Below, in pieces: positions 32,988 through 36,941 of a stretch of 36,941 bases of DNA (position 1 is the stretch's first letter; each line of letters opens with the position of its first letter). The notes beneath the pieces are model-generated. The model was not told where the DNA came from. It was given only the letters and a program-made list of their open reading frames with translations, and did not search any database. A program made the translations under genes and the position numbers. The stretch comes from Anaerolineae bacterium (GTDB lineage Bacteria > Chloroflexota > Anaerolineae > DRVO01): the NCBI GenBank assembly GCA_012719195.1, contig JAAYAV010000296.1:1-36941 (forward strand). Reading direction: 5' to 3'.

Positions 32988-34873
32988 CCGAGAACCAAGG
33001 GGCCGACGCCGGCCTATGTGAGGTCTGCGGGAAGCCGCTTCCCTCGCCTGGAGCCGAGTGTCCCCATTGTGGACACAGTAACGACATCTCCAGCATCCTG
33101 CCGGCGGCCAGGACCACGAAGGTTTCGGCCGAGCCGGCGTCCAAGCACGTGCGACCGTCGCGCCTCTGGCTCTACGGTGTCATGGCGTTGGTGGCCCTCC
33201 TGCTGGTGGCGGCCTTAGCCGGGGCCTACGGGGTCTACACCGGGCTTCAGCAACGGGAAGACCTCAGAGCCACCACCGTCGCCGAGCACTACCAGCGCGG
33301 CCTAGACTCCCTGGAAGCGCAGGAGTACGAACTGGCCCTGGCTGAGTTCCAGTACGTGGACCGGCTCCGACCGGGGTATCATGATACCCGCACCCAAATC
33401 GAGAAGGTTGAGGCCGTCCTGCAGCAAAAGGCCACGCCCACGGCCGGGGTCCGCGAGGAAGCCGCCGCCAGCCTTCTGGCGCGAGCCCAGGACGAGATCG
33501 AGAGCGAGTCGTGGACGACCGCCGTCGCCACCCTGCGGGAACTGCAAGCCCTCGACCCGGGGTTCCACGCTGAGCAGGTGAACGCACTACTGGCGCAGAG
33601 CATGTACGGAGCCGGCACGGAAGCGCTGTCAGCGCTGGATGTGACCCGCGCGGCCGACTGGTTCAAGCAGTCGCTCGCCCTCAATCCCGAGAGCGTGGAT
33701 GTCCGGCGCCAGGTGACGTTGGCGAATCTCTACCTGCAGGCGCTGTCCACATGGGGCAAAGACTGGCCGGCCACCATCGATGGGCTCACCCAACTACACA
33801 ACCTCAGCCCGACCTACGCCGATACTGCCGATAGACTGGCCCTCTCCTACATGCGCTACGGAGACCAACTGTCGGCCGGCGGAGAGTGGTGCGAGGCAGC
33901 GGAGCAGTACGCTCTCTCTGCCGAGATGAAGAGCAGCGCCGCCGTCACCACCAAAGAGCAGTTGGCGGTGCGCTATTGCGAGGAGCCTCCTTCGGCCACG
34001 CCCGAGACCGAGGGCACTCCCGATGCGTTGGGCACGCCTCTCGCCACCACGCCCGCTGGTCTGACGTCCCTGCCGGCCGGTAGCCTCTACTTCGCTGCCA
34101 CGGATCCGCAAACCGGCGCTGTGAGCGTGATGGTGCTGTCAGCGGGGCCGGGTCAGAGGCCCCGGACGCTGGTGGTGGGTGCGGAGCAGCCGGCGGTCCG
34201 TGCGGACGGGTCCATCGGCTACCACAACCTCTCATCCGACCGCCTTGGCGTGAGCGTGGCCACTCGCGATGGCAGCTTCGCCGCTTCGGTAACGTCCTAC
34301 TCTGAGGACCAGTACCCCACCTGGGAAGCAGGAAACGCGCGGCTGGCCTTCGCCAGCACCCGGGAGAGCGACCGCAAGTGGCGCCTGTACGTGGCTCAGT
34401 CGTGGACTGGGGGCGAAGACGTCTCCATGATCGGCTATGGCAAGTCACCCACATGGGGCCCCGACGGCACCATCGCCTACAAGGGCTGCGACGCGATGGG
34501 TAACAACTGCGGCCTCTATCGTTCGCTGCCGGACGGCACTCAGCTCGGCCGCGTCACCGACAATGCCAACGACGACATGCCCGCCTGGTCACCCGACGGC
34601 CGACGGCTTGCCTTCGCCTCGCCCCGGGGTGGCACCTTCAGCATCTGGGCGCAGGACCTGCAGGGCGGGCAGCCCGTGCGTCTGACGGACGATCAGGGCC
34701 TGGACGCCGCGCCGGTCTGGTCACCCGACGGCAGGTATGTCGCATTCCTCTCCAACCGCGGCGGCGAGTGGGGCATCTGGATGGTCGAGGCCGCCGGCGG
34801 TACCCCGAGGAGGCTCGTGTCACTGGGCCAGGTCCCCGGAGACTGGGATGTCTACAAGATGGCCTGGCGCTAG
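32984..34873 (+). CDS. Membrane-anchored Zn-ribbon / TPR / TolB-like (PD40) beta-propeller protein
   Basis: N-terminal CEVCG...CPHCG ribbon and TM LWLYGVMALVALLLVAALAGAYGV. TPR-like helical repeats, a T/P-rich linker, and repeated PD40 motifs (PTWGPDG, PAWSPDGRRLAFAS, PVWSPDGRYVAFLS). The TTG start overlaps the upstream TGA (TTGA). Confidence 0.8.
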   Translation: MTENQGADAGLCEVCGKPLPSPGAECPHCGHSNDISSILPAARTTKVSAEPASKHVRPSRLWLYGVMALVALLLVAALAGAYGVYTGLQQREDLRATTVAEHYQRGLDSLEAQEYELALAEFQYVDRLRPGYHDTRTQIEKVEAVLQQKATPTAGVREEAAASLLARAQDEIESESWTTAVATLRELQALDPGFHAEQVNALLAQSMYGAGTEALSALDVTRAADWFKQSLALNPESVDVRRQVTLANLYLQALSTWGKDWPATIDGLTQLHNLSPTYADTADRLALSYMRYGDQLSAGGEWCEAAEQYALSAEMKSSAAVTTKEQLAVRYCEEPPSATPETEGTPDALGTPLATTPAGLTSLPAGSLYFAATDPQTGAVSVMVLSAGPGQRPRTLVVGAEQPAVRADGSIGYHNLSSDRLGVSVATRDGSFAASVTSYSEDQYPTWEAGNARLAFASTRESDRKWRLYVAQSWTGGEDVSMIGYGKSPTWGPDGTIAYKGCDAMGNNCGLYRSLPDGTQLGRVTDNANDDMPAWSPDGRRLAFASPRGGTFSIWAQDLQGGQPVRLTDDQGLDAAPVWSPDGRYVAFLSNRGGEWGIWMVEAAGGTPRRLVSLGQVPGDWDVYKMAWR

Positions 34874-34900
34874 CGCCGGGCCGTCGCCCGATTGAGCGCG

Positions 34901-35869
34901 CTAGTCCCCCGATCCGACGGCGCTCAGCGCCCTGAAGACGATCTCCAGGGAGCGGATATTGTCCTGACAGGTGGTGGCTGGACGCGGCCCGCCTCGCAGA
35001 GCCTCGACGAACTCGTGCAGCAAGTACGACTGACCGGTGCGCGGCAGTGCCACCTCCGGCACCGGCTCCGGCTCCGCCCCCGGCCGGTACACCAGCACCC
35101 GGTCGCCCTCCAAGGTGACGACTCCGCCCTCGCACTCGAAGCGCCACTCGCCGTTCCAGGGCGTCTCCGCCCCTTGCGAGCACCAGGAAGCATGGTAGCC
35201 GACCTGCACCTGCCCCTCGCAGCTCAGGCTGAGGTGCGCCGAGGCGTCGCCGTCGAACCAGCTCCACGCCGGGTTGAAGGCGAAGCCGCGTACCTGCACT
35301 ACCTCGCGGCCAAGCAAGTAACGCATCATGTCGAAGTGATGGATGCTCATGTCCACGATCAGCGGATGCGCCATGCTCTCGCGGAAGCCGCCGAAGTGGG
35401 GCCCACGGAAGAATCGGACCGTAGCGGCGCCCACCTGCCCCACAGCGCCTGAATCAAGCACTGACTTCAGCGTCTGCACCGGAACGCTGTAGCGGTAGTT
35501 CTGCGCCACCATGTGCAGGACGCCCGTCTCGTCGGCCGCGGTCACGATCTCGGCCGCCGCCTCCATGGTGTCGGCCAGCGGCTTCTCCGACAGGACGGGC
35601 ACCCCGGCCCGCAATGCCTCCACCGACTGCTCACGGTGGAACTGCGGCGGCGTGATGACCAGCACTCCGTCAGCCTCCAGGCGCCCCAATGCCTCGCTGA
35701 GGGTGGCGTAGACCGTACCTGGGTTCAGGTCATAGGCGTCGCACTGCTTCCGGGCGATGGCCTCATCGATCTCGACGAGACCGGCGTACTCCGCCTCATC
35801 CGAGCCGCCCACGGCCCGCAGCCAGGCGTTGCCCATGCCGCCCATGCCCACCTGAATCAGCCGCACCAC
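34901..35869 (-). CDS. Gfo/Idh/MocA family NAD(P)-dependent oxidoreductase
   Basis: MVRLIQVGMGGMGNAW Rossmann N-terminus, VLSEKPLA motif, and a C-terminal alpha/beta oligomerisation-type domain. Confidence 0.85.
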   Translation of the reverse strand: MVRLIQVGMGGMGNAWLRAVGGSDEAEYAGLVEIDEAIARKQCDAYDLNPGTVYATLSEALGRLEADGVLVITPPQFHREQSVEALRAGVPVLSEKPLADTMEAAAEIVTAADETGVLHMVAQNYRYSVPVQTLKSVLDSGAVGQVGAATVRFFRGPHFGGFRESMAHPLIVDMSIHHFDMMRYLLGREVVQVRGFAFNPAWSWFDGDASAHLSLSCEGQVQVGYHASWCSQGAETPWNGEWRFECEGGVVTLEGDRVLVYRPGAEPEPVPEVALPRTGQSYLLHEFVEALRGGPRPATTCQDNIRSLEIVFRALSAVGSGD

Positions 35870-35903
35870 TATGCACCTCCCACGCGAGGCGTCACGCCCC
35901 GCC

Positions 35904-36941
35904 CTAGGCTTCGCGTCGCTTGACCTCGTCCCAGAGCGCGTCCTGCTCCGGCAGGCTCAACCGAGCCAGGTCCAGATCACGCTCGACCGCCAGCGCCTGC
36001 ATCGCCTCGAATCGGTGCCGGAAGCGGGCGTTGGTTGTCCGCAGAGCCGTCTCGGCATCGAGATCGAGGTGCCTCGCCAGGTTAACCACCGTGAACAGCA
36101 AGTCGCCGAGCTCGTCCTGGCGCCTGTCCTCTGGCGCCGCGCGCAGCTCGCCGATCTCCTCGGCCAGCTTGGCCCACACGCCGTCAGCGTCAGCCCAGTC
36201 AAAACCGACTCGTGCCACCCGCTTCTGGTAGGCGTTGGCCTGCCCCAGCGCCGGTAGGCCGCCGGGCACTCCGGCCAGGAGCGATCGCGAATCGCTCTCG
36301 CCGCGTTCGGCCCGCTTGATCTCCTCCCAGTTGCGCAGCACCTCCCCCGAGTCGCTGACCGAGGCGTCTCCAAAAACATGCGGGTGCCGGCGGCGGATCT
36401 TCTGGTCGATGCCCGCCACCACATCGTAGATGCCGAACAGACCACCTTCGGAAGCGATCTGAGCGTGCATGCAGATCTGCATCAGCAGGTCGCCCAGCTC
36501 GACCCGTAACTCCGCCCAGTCCTCGTTGTCTATCGCCTCGAGCACCTCGTGGGTCTCCTCCAGCAGCGCCTCCCGGAGCGACTGGTGGTCCTGCTCGCGA
36601 TCCCAGGGACAACCGCCCGGCGCGCGTAGGCGGGCGACGGTGTCCTGAAAGGCCTCCAGGCTCGAAGGCTGCGCACGTGGCGGAACGTACAGCGCCGTGA
36701 GGTGGTCGATGCCGGTCTGGCGATCGAGCTCGGTCAGGGGCACCGTTCGCACCGCTTCGTCACGGGTCCCGGCGGCGCGCACCAGGGACACCGGGTGCTC
36801 GGGCGCGTAGGAAGCGAGCAGGGTCAGCTTCACGGCCGAGGCAGTGTCGCGGTCATACAACTGGCTGATGAGCGCCGGCCGGTCCACGATCAGGTCCGGA
36901 TGCCAACGCTGCGCCAGCCCCAGCGCATCCACCAGCTGCAG
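35904..36941 (-). CDS. mazG: MazG-type nucleoside triphosphate pyrophosphohydrolase, YabN-like fusion (5' end beyond the window)
   Basis: Two MazG repeats (E..EE.HE..EAI, GDLLMQ; EE.GEL..A, LGDLLFTVVNLAR). The upstream part (DLIVDRPAL...VTLLASY) looks like the tail of a tetrapyrrole-methylase-like domain. The reading frame is open to the window edge. Confidence 0.85.
   Translation of the reverse strand: MQLVDALGLAQRWHPDLIVDRPALISQLYDRDTASAVKLTLLASYAPEHPVSLVRAAGTRDEAVRTVPLTELDRQTGIDHLTALYVPPRAQPSSLEAFQDTVARLRAPGGCPWDREQDHQSLREALLEETHEVLEAIDNEDWAELRVELGDLLMQICMHAQIASEGGLFGIYDVVAGIDQKIRRRHPHVFGDASVSDSGEVLRNWEEIKRAERGESDSRSLLAGVPGGLPALGQANAYQKRVARVGFDWADADGVWAKLAEEIGELRAAPEDRRQDELGDLLFTVVNLARHLDLDAETALRTTNARFRHRFEAMQALAVERDLDLARLSLPEQDALWDEVKRREA

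Noticed and set aside
1-36941. Defence islands, prophage, integrative elements, toxin-antitoxin pairs and CRISPR-Cas
   Set aside because: I recognised no integrase, transposase, recombinase, Cas, restriction-modification, abortive-infection-type ATPase or nuclease pairs, direct-repeat arrays or tRNA-flanked boundaries. Gene content is housekeeping plus envelope functions.

Overview
High-GC (about 65% by eye), densely coding bacterial chromosomal segment with about 33 supportable CDS. I found no rRNA, tRNA, CRISPR array, IS element, integrase or phage hallmark. Most long antisense and alternate-frame ORFs in the track are high-GC artefacts.

**Housekeeping, 1-14.2 kb.** Synteny resembles Firmicutes or Chloroflexota, so the source may be a Chloroflexota-like organism (low confidence).
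- recG (partial), coaD, a coiled-coil protein, DUF177/ylbN and rpmF.
- A same-strand, tightly packed run: fabK-fabD-fabG-asp23-nusB-tatB-like-tatC, a COG2403/cyclic-2,3-diphosphoglycerate-synthetase-like P-loop protein, and AMMECR1.
- A minus-strand pair of an unknown 131-aa protein and hpt, then mtnP overlapping an orphan FtsW/RodA (SEDS) gene, and a convergent mobB.

**Envelope block, 14.3-30.5 kb. This is the least ordinary part and my best candidate for an undescribed system.**
- A promoter-like site, a small 2-TM protein and a 594-aa polytopic GT-C-like membrane protein.
- GT2, GT4, GT2, a Zn-ribbon SAM methyltransferase, a polytopic membrane protein and a sugar nucleotidyltransferase. 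The last four are chained by GTGA stop/start overlaps.
- A monocistronic gene with its own promoter, strong SD and terminator, encoding a secreted protein built from four ~100-aa internal repeats with no family I recognise.
- A PepSY-like lipoprotein.
- A convergent 1857-aa thioester (CVEQ) alpha-2-macroglobulin.

**Right end, 30.7-36.9 kb.** A translationally coupled trio (thrA-type homoserine dehydrogenase, an atypical HAD-like protein, and a Zn-ribbon/TM/TPR/TolB-like propeller protein), then a Gfo/Idh/MocA oxidoreductase and a partial YabN/MazG-type gene.

All family calls come from motif recognition by eye. No searches were run.
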